A stretch of DNA of 63,797 nucleotides, the filler included, from Sphacelaria rigidula (Eukaryota), in NCBI GenBank assembly GCA_964200075.2. It is 5 parts of 5 records of this genome, joined end to end, with 100 filler letters (N's around TTAATTAATTAA, not from the genome) between each part and the next. Parts side by side here need not be neighbours in the genome. Positions count along the whole stretch, not along the records: positions 12,781 to 25,460 come from CAXNAA020003510.1; positions 25,561 to 38,239 come from CAXNAA020003511.1; 3 more parts are not named here. One strand, written 5' to 3'. Below the pieces are notes generated by a model. That model was not told the origin of the DNA, searched no databases, and saw only the letters and a list, made by a program, of their open reading frames with translations. The translations under genes were made by a program, and so were the position numbers. Shown piece after piece: positions 24,201 through 37,169 of this stretch (positions are counted from its first letter, which is position 1; every line of letters begins with the position of its first letter).

Positions 24201-24780
24201 AGATTGTATAAGCCAGAAACGAGGCCCAAAACGAGCGGATCAACCATTCTGACTCATCACGGCTACCAAATTGTCACTTTGTTCCCCTACAGATGGACTA
24301 CTGATGGACTATCATGCTGTCTAGCCGTATTTCTCGTGTTTGTCAGGACAATTCAGCGCGTGTGATACAGTCTTGCGCGAAAAAAAATCCAATACCGGGA
24401 TGCCCGCATAGAAGAACCATTTGACAATCATTCGGCTGATATCAGCCGTGAAGTAGACACCGTTCACACGAGCGGCGGGCCCGACACGAGGGAGTACCGA
24501 CCCAGCGGGTGGCATCGGTGGCAAGCTTCGCTCAAGGCGGTATGGTCGGTGTAGATTTCTGGCTGAAATAGTAATGATTTCCCGCGTGGGGTGGTGTGAA
24601 TAGTGGTGCTCTTCATTGGTGCAACTCCTACACAATGCAATGCCGATAGGTGGCGACCACGCTGAGGGCACCAGGCCAAAAGGACGCGTGCCGGCTAGTG
24701 CATGATGTATTCAATCCACGTGAAGAAGAATTAGGTCATCGGCTTTAACGAGGATTTTACACGACACACTTTTGTGCATG
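21280..24780 (-). pseudogene. Decayed, intron-containing AcademX-like transposase (XPG/PIN-like nuclease + Cys8 zinc finger region)
   Basis: Motifs in order: WASFL...NK; EHPYAAETLVV...SIRVYSTEMVL; LVPPADALRFQAQRAVAVLECW...DLNNHGW; LLCRC...CERNCKCTKLGKDC...CGCNGRC. GTAAGT donor at about 23718 and TTTCGCAG acceptor at about 21862. Confidence 0.6.
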
Positions 24781-25139
24781 CGTGCCTTGCGTAGCCAATT
24801 GCGCCGCCTTCAAAACTGAAAACTCCACGTGAATTACAGTATGGAAATGCGTGATGTGCTGCACCCCCGTTTCTCATGTGTGACTACTATACAAAGCTAC
24901 TGTGTGTACCGTACTCTGTAGTGCAATCGTGTACAGTATTCTGTCGCCTGCAGTCCAATACGGCGTGCACTGGGAACACGACACTAGATGCCCTGTTAAT
25001 ACCGACATGATTGACGGCACATCGGTTGGCGGGGCGATGTGGTGAAGCCAAATCCACGGTGCTAGCAAGTACGGTTGTACGCTTATCCCCATCTCTCCTG
25101 TGCTGCCGCAGGGGTGCAGTGGTTACGCCAGTATGGTTT

Positions 25140-25460
25140 CGCACGAGGATTATGCGGCGTAACTGCAGCTTGTGTATCTTTCGACGGTTGGCCGGTATTA
25201 TTTTTGATCGTGAAGTTCTCGACCGCCGCTGTAGGCACCAACGTGAAACTTGGTGCATTAGTCGGGCTCACCACAGCCAGTGTATGTACCGAAGCACAGC
25301 CCCTTTCCTTCCCCGACCAAATTAAAGAAAGCGAAATCCGATTATGGGCGATACCGTCTGTATGCCCTCAAAACGGCCATCTCGCGGCCTAGATTCTGTG
25401 CACCGTGAGTGAATGCATATGTGGACATGGTAGCGCACTCACTTCCGCATCATGACGACC
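25140..25460. repeat. Right arm of the long imperfect inverted repeat (truncated by contig end)
   Basis: Reverse complement of 17200-17545. Confidence 0.75.
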
Positions 25461-25640
25461 NNNNNNNNNNNNNNNNNNNNNNNNNNNNNNNNNNNNNNNN
25501 NNNNTTAATTAATTAANNNNNNNNNNNNNNNNNNNNNNNNNNNNNNNNNNNNNNNNNNNNAGTCAACTTATTATACTAAAACCAAGTAATTTCCTGACGA
25601 ATCATTATTTGTCCTAACTGTGAATATAAACCCAATGTAA

Positions 25641-26102
25641 CAAGGTTATGTCTTGTAGGGTATGGGTATATTCTGCAGGGTATGAGATCCCTTACACAAC
25701 TTACAGAACTTGTCGGGTACGGTATGGGAGGCTTACGGAAAAACCGTACCGGCAATCGGATATTTCTTTAAAAGCATACCCACGCTCCGGTTACGGGTAT
25801 GCATTCTGTACAGAACTCACAGAACTGTCGGGTAAGGGTATGGGAGGCTTACAGAATTCACAAAAACTGTCGGGTAGGGTATGGAGGTTGCACAGAAAGT
25901 CATACCCGCAACCGGGTATATCATCAAGAGCATACCCGTGCCCTCCGGTAACGGTCTGTGAGTCGCAAAGAGATCACAGAAGTAACGGGTAAGGGTATGA
26001 AAGTATTACAGAAGTCAGAGAACTGTCGGGTACGGTAAATACCCGTGAAAATGCCCCGGGTTTACAAAAAACCGTATCCTTATCCTTCAGAACACGACCT
26101 TG
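25641..26102. mobile_element. MITE with CAAGG...CCTTG termini built from ACAGAACTCACAGAACTGTCGGGTA motifs
   Basis: caaggttatgtcttgtaggg versus ccttcagaacacgaccttg; reiterated internal motif. Confidence 0.7.
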
Positions 26103-26749
26103 GCATTATCATCACTCCTGTTGTGGTACCTACGTTACTACAACAGTGGCGAAATACAGATGACACTTCACGAAAACTCTGAACGGCTTCATGGGGTTGA
26201 TGGAGAAAGACTACACAAACAATCGCGGTAGTATACAGCATGTGCACGGGATCATCAGCATCTATCGGCTTCACGTACACTCACAGAGAGTACATGAAGG
26301 AGCATTCACGGCTGCCCGTTCTCTGGAAGCCCTTCCGCACACGACAAAATCGCCGACGGGCCTTGACGACTTTCGGTGGCAGCTCATACTCTGTGCTATG
26401 CACGTCGATAACGGCCTGGGGTTAAATGATCACGACACAACCCCTGGTGGCGCAGATGAACCACCCGCGCTCGAGCCACTACTCGAGTCTAGGGGTGATC
26501 CATCCTGACGTTCTGCGGTGTTGCTCATGTTTCGTGTTTTCACTCAACCGTACCTCGTATCCCGTCAGATTCCAAACTTGAGAACTTTCCAACATTGAAT
26601 TCTTGTTGGAGTGCAGTTTTGAATCAAGGAGTTGCGTGAGTTGATCGATTGGAGGTACATGTTCAGGTCATGAGGTTTTGACTGGATTGAACCTATATCC
26701 GTACCTCCCCAGGGTATATACCTGTGCTCACACCTGCAATGTGGTATAT

Positions 26750-27592
26750 CTTTACCGGTATGAGAGGCTTACAGAGCTCACAGAACTGTCGGGTACCGGT
26801 ACTGGATGAAAGTCGTACAGAAATTACAGAAATTTTCGGGTACGGTGTGGGAGGCCTACAGAAAAACCGTACCGGCCATCGGGTATTTATTCAAGAGCAT
26901 ACCCGCGCTCCTGGTACGGGTAAAATTTCTGTACAGAACTCACAGAACTGTCGGGTAAGCGTATGGAGGTTGCACAGAAAACCGTAATGGGGTATCTCAT
27001 AAGAGCATACCCGTGCCCGCCGGTAACGGTACGGGAGTCTTGCAGAGATTGACAGAAGTATTGGGCAAGGGTATGAAAGTCTTACAGAGATTGCAGGACT
27101 GTCGGGTACCGGTATGCAAATCTTACAGATGTCACGAAACTGTCGGGTACGGTGAATACCCGGGAAAATACCCCAGGTATACAGAAAACGATACCTCACA
27201 GAACACAACCTTGGAAAACCGTATCAAGGGCATACCCGTGCTCGGGGTGCGGGTATAGATTCTGTACAGAACTCACAGAGCTGTTGGGTAAGGTTATGGG
27301 AGGTGTACAGAAGTCACAGAAACTGTCGGGTAGGGGGTGAAGGTTGCACAGAAAACCGTACCCGCAACCGGCTATTTTATCAAGGGCATACTTTTGCCCC
27401 CGGTAACCGTACGGGAGGCGTACAGAACTCACATAACTATCGAGTAAGTGTATGGAAGTCTCACAGCGTTTATAGAACTGTTGGGTACCGGTATGAGAGT
27501 CTTATAAAAAATACAGAACTGTCGGGAATGGTAAACACCCGGAAAAATACCCCGGGTATACAGAAAACCGTACCCCGAAGAACCCAACCTTG
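26750..27592. mobile_element. Two further partial tandem copies of the same MITE
   Basis: Same motif array; ends agaacacaaccttgg (about 27213) and agaacccaaccttgg (about 27592). Confidence 0.7.
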
Positions 27593-27891
27593 GAAGTATA
27601 GTGTATGCAATGTCAGCAAATTGAAGGTGTTGCGGGACATAATGTACTTGATTAGAATAGCGGGCGGAGCCCCCAAAACAAACCAGACTTCTCACACGCA
27701 GATGGGGGTGACCTAATGTGAATTAAATTATGGGCGATTATGACCGAGCGTTCAAACTCGGCACCCACCCAAAATTGAGGACCTGTTCAAAATCAGGCGA
27801 AGGACCAAAACGTGGGACACATGTCTTGTTTCACTATACCGCAGCAGAAACACTTCCACGCCCTCTCTTATGTCCTGGAGCTGTCACTGTT

Positions 27892-30077
27892 CTGTTATGG
27901 GTGCGCCTGACCCCCCACAAGGGGCAAAAAAAGTGTCACCGACCAAACACACGAACAGACCGCAGATCTTGTTCATCCCCTGACGATCCACGCCGTGAAA
28001 TCAACCACAGTACCTGTGATTCGAGTGGGGTTTCCACTTCACGATTTCCCATTTTTCTCGTCCCGGACTACGAAGCACGGTGTGCCTCGGCCACTCACCG
28101 GCGTGTATTTGTCCAAGATAGAATCTGACATATTTGTGTTACCAAAGAAGTTGTGGTAATCGAGAAAATCGCAAAAAAAAAAACTTTTCCCACTCAATTC
28201 GTTGTAAAACTCGGATCCTTGTGAGTTAAAAAAAATGCCCTGTCAAGGTGTAGCTGTCGTCTTGGCGCAAATGATGCTAAAATGGTTTCCTAATCGATGG
28301 CCTTGGCGATGAGTATCTGGGGAAACGGTTTGGGCTATGAGCGCAAACAAGCGACTCCAACCTTCGCCGGTTTCCACGATACGCGAAAACCTCACCCCTG
28401 TCCAACGGCCTCAGAATAGACTACACCCATGAATAACTCTTGAATGTGCAGATGATCGATACATCGGATGTGTGGAATGTTCGACAGGTGTAGAATTTGA
28501 ACCTTCGACCGAACTCCCAGAAGCTGTGTCTGCGAGACATTTACCCCCGTCTGTGCATCGCTCGTGTCGGTAGCAAGGGTAGCGCTTGTTCTCCTGCACC
28601 CAGTGCCATCACCACGCCACCATCGATAGCGTAGCTTAGTATCTAATCTCACCTGGCGGCAAGTATGGGCAAACTGAGGGAGAACAGAAAGCCACAGAGC
28701 AAGCTGGCGTTCAAGAAGAGAAGAACAGTATCTTGAACGCAATGGCAACACAATCCAACAGCCGTCAATATGAGTCGCACGAACGAACGCAAGAATCATC
28801 TTCGCGACCTTGCAGCAGCGAAGCGGATAAATGATCACACTAACACTAACCCTAACGCTGACCACAACGAAGGCATATCGAGAACCCTCGTGCAAGGGGG
28901 GTGCAACGTGTGCCGTAGGCGAAGTGTGCGTTGCCAGACCTCGAATCGGCGCCCCATGCGCCGATTTAGACAAAAACGTGTTCTGGGCAAGCTAGGAGCA
29001 TGCTAGGAGCACAGCCCCCATGAAAGATTCGGATTTTGTTGTCCACACCAAAATAAAGATGGACCAACTTATCCTCCCGAATGGTGAACTATACTGCGTC
29101 AAGACGGCACAAAAGGCACCATGGAGTCGTCGGCCCACTTTTGCTAAAGCCACATGACACCAAAGCCCGACTCATGTCTTTCAGTGGACCCACCCGTCCT
29201 AAGACACGCGTCTGTTGTATCGGCACTGATGGGTGACGGACGACGGACGACGGTTTGTTTTCATTCCCTCTTGGAACACAATACCTTTGGGAGTCCAGTT
29301 AACCCCTAGACAACGAGGGCAGTCCATCTAGACCATCCATACTTTCTTCGAGTAAAAAATGATGCTGATTCAGCAGGTGACCAACCCTCGCGGTCAAAGG
29401 GTTAGTATCATGTTCATGAGATGAGAAGTCATGTCGACGGGACGTCCTCGCTGAAATTCATCATTATATATGGCTCTGTCGCATGTTGAGCACATCATGT
29501 TGGCCCAAGTTCGATCCGCATCCCCCCAAAAAGTTGGTTCAGCGTCCTGGTTTTACCTGTAGAGTTTACCGGCGTTGGGCTACATATGTTCATGGTCGAT
29601 AATACTTGATTTGAGTGTGTACAACGAAAATTGGAATTTTAGTGGGGCTGACAGTCCCTGTGTGCTCCTCGCGTGCGCAGAACGGCGCCGATTTGGGGTC
29701 TACCAAGGCCTCACCTTGTCTAGGGAATGTATGTACCGCCCTTGCCCGAGGGTTCTCGGTGTGCGTTGGGTTGGGTCAACCCAACTAGTCTGCTGGGATT
29801 TCAGCGTATCGCAAGCGCGGACGAAAAGCGACGCAGTGGCATGCAATATATGAGGAACCAAACGGAAATCACGGTAGGGTACTGATTTTAGAATGCACTC
29901 CACCTTTTCTCGATATGAAATATAGATTCATGTCGTTCTCTTCCGATGACGTGAGCATATTTTACCCCACGAGCCCGGGTAAGCCCCAATAGTCGGTCTG
30001 TTCGTGTCTGTTCGTGAATTTGGCCGGTAACACTTTTTTTTGCCCATTTTGGGGGGTCAGGCGCACTCGTCACTGTG
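27892..30077. mobile_element. Non-autonomous TIR DNA transposon of about 2.2 kb
   Basis: ~70-bp imperfect TIRs (gtgcgcctgacccccc...aaaaaaagtgtcaccg / cggtaacacttttttt...ggggggtcaggcgcac); right terminus CACTGTG. Confidence 0.6.
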
Positions 30078-30643
30078 GTGTGTTTATGCATTGCGAAGAC
30101 GATTTGGATTGCCCGGGCGGCGATACTGTCGTTGTGCTCGTCTCTGTAGAACATGTTGGAACATGTTGTTAGTCGGCACGCAGTGCTGTCTGCACACTGT
30201 TAATTCATGGTGTGTTGTCTGTTTCACCAGAAGTGAAACGACAAGGCGCCGCTCACTGCTGCGTCACTCTGTGCGGCTGGTGCTCTGCGTTGGGGCGCTG
30301 TACTACTGTATTTGTTGTGTTGAAACATGTGAGTGTGGGCGTGATAAGCCGCGAGATGAGACGGCACGATTACTAGGCTTTACATTACTCTCGAAGTAAT
30401 TTCCAAGTCGAATGGAGCGATCTGATTCGTAGTTACCTAGTAAATTCTGTCTCGCTGCAATTCTAGTCTGCCTATTATTAATACCTGCACGTGGCCCGCA
30501 CGCAAATATCACTGCACTTTTGAACAGAAGCTTTGAGCTTCACCCCTTAGACAGTGACCCCTCCGCAGGTAGACTGAGGCGGACTATGCCACATATGGGG
30601 TTCAGAACAGCTCCTTTCTCGCTACCCAAAACGCATGTTGTCA

Positions 30644-31017
30644 TGAAAATGTGGATGTTTGACATCTATATATGGAGATCGCCATTTTAGTATGTGCGGA
30701 GAGATTTCCTTTTGTGACGTGTAACCTAGTGAACGGCTGGTACAGGGGTAGTTCCCGGGATCCCTGAAGTTCCCATATCTGTACAGTCGGATCTGGGACC
30801 CCAAGGTAACAGAGATCTGTCGAGGAGCGGTCAAGCCCTGGGGATCGCTTTCCGGCGAACTTGCTCGCGCTCGTCGAGCTCTCCCGAGTGATATAGCTGC
30901 CTCAACTCCACGAGTTACGGTCAATCCTTGACTACATAACACGAGGAAAATCATCGCCCACCTTCGACGGTTCCTACCGTCACCGGGAGTCACACGACCT
31001 CCACGTATATACAAACA
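30644..31017. repeat. Candidate solo LTR
   Basis: TG...CA termini flanked by the direct repeat TTGTCA (30638-30643, 31018-31023). Confidence 0.35.
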
Positions 31018-32469
31018 TTGTCAGGTTTGTACCGATTATGCTAGCATAATTTCGACATAAATTTCACGTAGGTAGCATAAAAAGTATAGCGTCGGCGAGG
31101 AGCATGAAAATCACAGGATTTCAGCGAGTAGCATAAAAAGCATAAAATCCACATTACTAGAATAATCGAGCATAATTTTCCATCGTAGGGGCTGGTACGT
31201 TGGACCCACTTCTATGACAAGCGCGAATCTCAATTTTTTCAACATCGGGATGAAAACAAGTCGGGGAATGTGTGTATTGAGACAGATTTGGACCAAATCG
31301 GGAGAGGAAAATCGGGGGGTCATGATCTCGGGACGGTTTCTCCCGATTGAAATAAAAAATCGGGGCAAATCGTTCGGAGATCATGATTCCCCCCGATTGT
31401 TTTGAGGTGACGTACGTGCATTGACGTACAAAGTACAATGTTAGACTGCGAGGCGTTTGATATTTTTGCAACGGCAACAGAAGACAGCCCCGTGACAGCA
31501 CAGGGCGTGCCAACTGCCCGCCTCAGCTGCTGAAGAAACTTCGCACGGGGTTCGACAAGCGGATAATAAGTGCTGACGGCATACCCTGCGGCGATAGTAA
31601 TATTTTTTGCTGCGCTGCGCTGCCATTTGTATCACGTGAACGAACGTTACTGTACTCTCCTAGCTGTTGTCGCTGTACTTGAGGGGTGATGTACGGCACT
31701 GCACTACTGAACTCTGCTCGCGCATTGTTTGTTCTCTGTTCTCGCAATACCGAGTGTGCTATCGTGTACTACTACACGGCATTATAATGTAATGGTGAGG
31801 TGTCCTGCACTGTATTACCCTAGGGTACCAAGGCACGACACTGTACTCGAAGGGTTGCTTACCGCCTGCGTAATCTTCGGCTCCATGCACGAGTATGCAG
31901 TACCACACTCATGTAGAAAATGACCGTCTGTGTACAGAACCATTTCAAAACTATGTGATACTGTGCTGTTGTCTATGCCATAAAACGGTCCCCCCGATTT
32001 CGAGTCCACGAATTTGAGTCGCCATGATGTTGAGTCCACGAATTTGAGTCGCCCCGATTTTTTTTCAATCGGGATCCCAAAAAAATCGAGATTCGTTGCC
32101 ATAAAGTGGGTCTCAGCATACATGCTTGCCTCCTCCCAAATTTTGGCCGAAAAGCTGCGATTGGCCGCGAGTCTTGAGTAAATGTGTATGATAGTTTTGC
32201 TTTGTCTTTGGACACGAGTTGCTCGACGTCAGACATGCAACGAGTAAACAAATCATATAAAGACTCCTCCATGGTACGTACGACATACGCTGGTTGTGCA
32301 CTAGATTGTGATGGATACTGCAATCAATAGTTTGCTAGAACAATAAGTGTGAACCTAAAAATAGTCCCGGAGAACCCCCTGATCGGTTTTGACCCTGCAG
32401 TCGATTGCGTGCAGAGTCAGTATGTATGCTGCACGAGTATGTCTTCGCTCGATACAACGGCAAAAAATA

Positions 32470-32674
32470 CAAGGGTAGGTCGAGTAGAGTATACTCAATC
32501 GCGGGGTATTTTGAAAGTCGTACTTGAAGTACACAGATTGGGGGTAGGGTTTCAGGAATAGCTTCCCAGCTATTTTTTGGGTACGACTCCCAACACTCTC
32601 CCCTGACTCGAGTACCCCAAGTACGTCTTAAAAAAAAAACCGCGATTGAGTATATTCTACTCGACCTACCCTTG
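32470..32674. mobile_element. hAT-type MITE
   Basis: 35-bp near-perfect TIR CAAGGGTAGGTCGAGTAGAGTATACTCAATCGCGG; 8-bp TSD AAAAAATA/AAGAAATA (7/8 match). Confidence 0.85.
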
Positions 32675-34363
32675 AAGAAATAGTCAGCGTGCTATCGCTC
32701 CTCACTGAACGCAGTTTACTGTATGTTGCTGATACCTCCGCGTAGTGCTTTTTTTTCACCATCGTTTTATTGCATTTTTTTTCATTTGCTCTGTACTTTC
32801 CTCTTCTTTTCCTTCTTTTTTTTGTTTTAGGTCGGCCATTTCTTTCTTGTGTTGACTTTTTTTTCATTACTTTTTTTTTTCTTGTTACGCCTTGGTCTGC
32901 TATGTCGTTCTGTTCGACCTTTTTTTTTTTTCTGTTCCTTCTTTTCTTCAGAGCGTATTTCAGTTTCGTTTTTGTTGGGTACGTCTACCATGAGACCACG
33001 GCTGGACCCCTGGAGGGTCAGTTAAAGTGCGACAATCGTGCTCCACAACAACACTACAGGCAGTGTGAAACTATGCTGGCAACACATGAGGGGTCAGGCA
33101 GGCGGCATACACCTCGAGCAGAGGAAAAAACACGTTGTATGTGCCCATTTTATCTCTGGTTGAATTGTCAGTACCAAAATGAGAAATATGACTTGATAGC
33201 GAAGTAGTCCGTCCACCTGTAGGTGAACAAAGAGATCATTTGGATAGCCCGTGATGGGTCAGAATGGTCGCTCCTATTGGGCCTTGTTCCTGGCTTGAAA
33301 TTTTCCCTGGGGAACTTCGAAACACCAAGGGTTGACTTGGTGAGCTTTTCGGCTGTCCTGCAGACAGGTCCCAACCCCCCTGTTGAACCATCGCCCCCTG
33401 GAAACCCTCAGATGTCCCTGGACTGTCAGCCGGTGAAACTGCTCCGAGCCGACGCTCGTTGTCCAAGGGTTAAGTCTGTATTTTTCGAACGCGGTTGGAC
33501 CAATTGCCGTGACCCTTGTCGCACTAGTTGAACGCGACACAGGCTCCAGGTGTACCAATCGGCGGCACGTTCGGACCGTGCTACAAAATGAACGAAGCGA
33601 ATGACGATTACAGGTGAACACCGTCGATGCATACGGCTTCCCGGCAGCCCACACTGCGTGCACCGCTCGTGAACGCATATTACGACACGCTGGTGCACTA
33701 GCTTCCACATCATGAGCAGCTGGGCGGCTGCTGCGCTGGCGAACAAACATCGATCTGTCCTGGGACAGCCACTGAAAAACGACTATAGCTCCTTCACATG
33801 TATCCTGTGGGAGTGCCCAGTCCGGGATACGCGGCCGTTCGCGCGCTGTCGGCGCTGCGCGGCGGTGGAACTTTGGCCACATGTCGTGTGAAGCACAGTC
33901 AACAACCTCATGTCGCTGAATCTGGGGTTGCGCGTTGCAGCAGTGCACAACGAGGTGAAGAAATGTTGAACTTTTGATGGTCGGCTTTACTTTGATTGCA
34001 GTCTGTTATCTTCTTTTCATGGGGCGGCTCGTCTTCCCCCTATCTACGAGCATAGCCCACTCGTGATGCCTGCGCTTTCACATGACTTTATCCTTCTTGG
34101 ATCCTTTCCCCCCCCTGGCCTGAGACAACCACCCCCCCGACTCGAATGCCCCAAACAACGCTGCGCCTGGAAATGATGCATCCACCAGTAGCAATCAGGC
34201 CTCCCCTCCCGCCGAACCTCCCATGCTTCCTGGCACTGCTTTCAGAGTGTGATGAGAAAGTGGTGCTTGACTGTGCCCCCGGTGTTGTAATCCCGTCCGT
34301 GTCCCGTGTGCCCTCGTTTTGAGTGGTGAGTACCCCTCAGATACAATGGACAATGTCAAGTTA

Positions 34364-36585
34364 CAGTTGTACCCGTTCAGGTATTGGGAACTCCGTCACA
34401 GTTTCGAAAGCGACTGCTTAGTAGTTCTGCCGTGTATTTTTGGCAGTATTGCATGCTCGCCACCGCGCAGAACTAAGGGTCCACGGAGGCGTCGGGGCAT
34501 GCAAACGTACCGCAAACCGCAGTTGTGTCGAGCAGCTGGACACCTGCTCGCAGGAGAGAGCGGACGGAGCACGGTGGGCAAACGTGCACACGACCCCCAA
34601 AGCAAAGCGATTTTGACGCAACAACAAACGAATCTGTACACCATCAAGGAAAAGAACAGAAAATGATCCATCAGTGGTGTCCGCAGCGACATAGGGGTCA
34701 GCTGCATGGTTTCAGATTTCCAATCCGAGCCTTGGAGCGCGAGAACGGGTCACGTGAGCAGCGAGGCAAAGCGATGGAAACTGGGCTGTGGGCGGACTGA
34801 ACGCGGGGGGTCCTCCAGCGCCAGCTGGCTATACCCTAGGAAGGGGAGCTTTCAACTGCGTTCGCGGTGGGAGAGAAACACCCCGCGTCGAGTGCCGGCA
34901 GGCAGTGGAGTGTAGGGTGTATTGGGTGTCCCCGCTTGGGCAGAAGAAGCGAGTTGGGGGCTTTGCACACGGCGATTGTGAGGGGTACTCTGCGGAGCAA
35001 TTTTCGGTTTTGAAGGTCAGTGTTCATTTGGATATGCGCGCAGAGGGTCCACGGTCGCCTTGCTTTGTCGCGACCGTAGGCTCTCCGCCCCACGACGGGC
35101 ACATGAGCAACGACCTCTTATCGAGTAGCAATCAAAATTGCCGCCGTATGCCTGAAATATCAGCCGGTCCGGTATGAAACGCAACAGAAATACCCGCTGG
35201 TGTTTCCAACTGGCCAAGACTGCTCGTGACTCGTCCACGCACCACACGATACAGTGAAGTAAAAAACGCGCCTCCCTCTCGACACACACCACCCCTCAGG
35301 CAATGATCTTCCGCCATTCTAGTTCGTATTCTTATCCGGAGGGCATGAGCGGATGGGCGCAGGCAGCGAAGCCAGCAGCCGACTTTAATTGCACAACAAA
35401 AAGGGCCCAGACACTAGGTAAGCGCGACAGTGGCGCTTCGAACTGTACCGCAGCGAAGTCAGTAACTCAAACTGTGGCATGCCGGCTCAACGGTACCACC
35501 TGGTCACAGCGAGCCATGTTGTGCTCACCTGCACTGCACCGCCAGGGGTCAAATACCGCGCGACTCTCTTCCCCCCTACAGTACAAACCACCAACAACAG
35601 CTTCTGTCGACACGGGCGGTAGTTCACGCACGGTTCCTCCACCGGCAATCGCCACCTTCCGGCACGTTCCTTTCTGAATCAAAAGGATACGGGGCGATCC
35701 TCGTCGATGTACCATATGTGCCGTCCACTTGTGCAGATACTGTACTCCCGTCACCGGTGAACAGGCTTGTTTAACAACTGCTTCACGAGGCGGCGGGCCG
35801 ACTCCAGGGGTTCGTCGTCCATCACGATGAGTGCTCAGGAACCAAGGAGAGAACGGGTCCGCAAAGTTTGCGCGACTGGGATGGTGGAATATTGACTCGC
35901 GCTGGTCGGTCGGGTAGGTGATCGCTGCCAGGCGGGTGTGAAATGCGTGTCGCAGAGCCTCCAGGTCCCCGACAACACAGGCGGTTGATTCCCTGCGCGG
36001 TGGCGAGTTCATCCGCGCCGAGTTCTGCAGCGAACGTGACAAACACGGCGAAGTCATTGATGGCCTCACACATCAAAATGGCGGTTGTATCCGATGGTAG
36101 TCACCGACCTTCGTCGCTCGTGTTGTACGTCGGGAAGGATCCTCGCTGGTTCCTCTGGACACGGGACACCACCTGACATGCGCTTGTGTTCTCGCGCTCC
36201 AAAGCTGGGATTGGAAGTCTGAAACCACGGAGATGATCCCCATGTCGCTGCGGGCACCGCTGGCGGGTTATCTTCTATTTTATTCATTGACGATGTGCAG
36301 CTTCATTTGTTGTTGTGTCAAAATCGGTGTGTTTTGGGGTCGCGTGCACGTTTGCGCACGGTTCTCTGTCCACTCTCCCCTAATCTCTCCTACGAGCGGG
36401 TGTCCAGCTGCTCGACACAAAAGCGGTTCACTTGTTACCGCCGCTGTGCCCAGGCGTTCCCTACACCCTTACTTTTGCGCGGTGGTGTGCACGCCACACT
36501 GCCAAACCAAGCGCGGCGAAACTACTATAACGATCTCTTTCGGAGTGCCATAACGGAGTTCCCAATATCTAAACGTGCACCACTG
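34364..36585. mobile_element. Tc1/mariner-like non-autonomous element with ~400-bp imperfect TIRs
   Basis: 34364-34760 is an imperfect reverse complement of 36175-36585; termini TA|CAGTTG...CCACTG|TG. Confidence 0.75.
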
Positions 36586-36784
36586 TGCGTACTGTACGGT
36601 AACACCAGTGCACTGCAGATCCCACCACATTGCCATCAAAATCACTGGTCACAAGTCCAAGCCGCTACAAACTAGTGACTGTTTGAAAGTATCTGCCGCA
36701 TATCAGTCCATCGCGCGCTCCCACAAAAGTGCGGTCACACGAGGTTCTCAACCCACCGCACTATCGTGCAAGCCCACTGCACGT

Positions 36785-37080
36785 GATGAGGAAATGTGGG
36801 AAGTACACGAAGGCGGTACGGAACGTTTAGTACGTCGAGACAATAGCGAGAAATCGATCGCCGCACTAGGAGATAGATGGTACCAACAGGCGGCGAGACA
36901 GGAAAGGGATAAGATTATGAAGAAAGTTTTTGTGGAACGTATGGAAGAAACGTAGTTAGCGCCCAAATGTTGGAGGTATCGCTATTAGGAGTAGGAACGG
37001 TGCTCCGTCTCGAAAAGGATGCGTGGTCAGTGGTCGAATGACTAGGGTAAGCAACAAGTGAATACGCCCCCCCCCCCCTC
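36785..37080 (+). mobile_element. 3' end of a 5'-truncated LINE
   Basis: DNSEKSIAALGDRWYQQAA...RPNVGGIAIRSRNGAPSRKGCVV...NK* then a poly-C tail; resembles C-termini of brown algal non-LTR RT proteins (from recall). Confidence 0.5.
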
Positions 37081-37169
37081 CCACTACACTGTGTGTACCG
37101 TTCCGTACAGTACAGACATCACGGTACGGTAAGTGGTAGGGGTACGTTGAGGGGTACGCTATCCTTCAG

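Noticed and set aside
26165-26510. Merlin/IS1595-like transposase remnant (FTKTLNGFMGLMEK)
   Set aside because: A single weak motif; not supportable without a profile search
25641-27592. CRISPR-like reiterated ACAGAACTGTCGGGTA motif
   Set aside because: Irregular spacing, related spacers and TIR-bounded structure indicate a MITE
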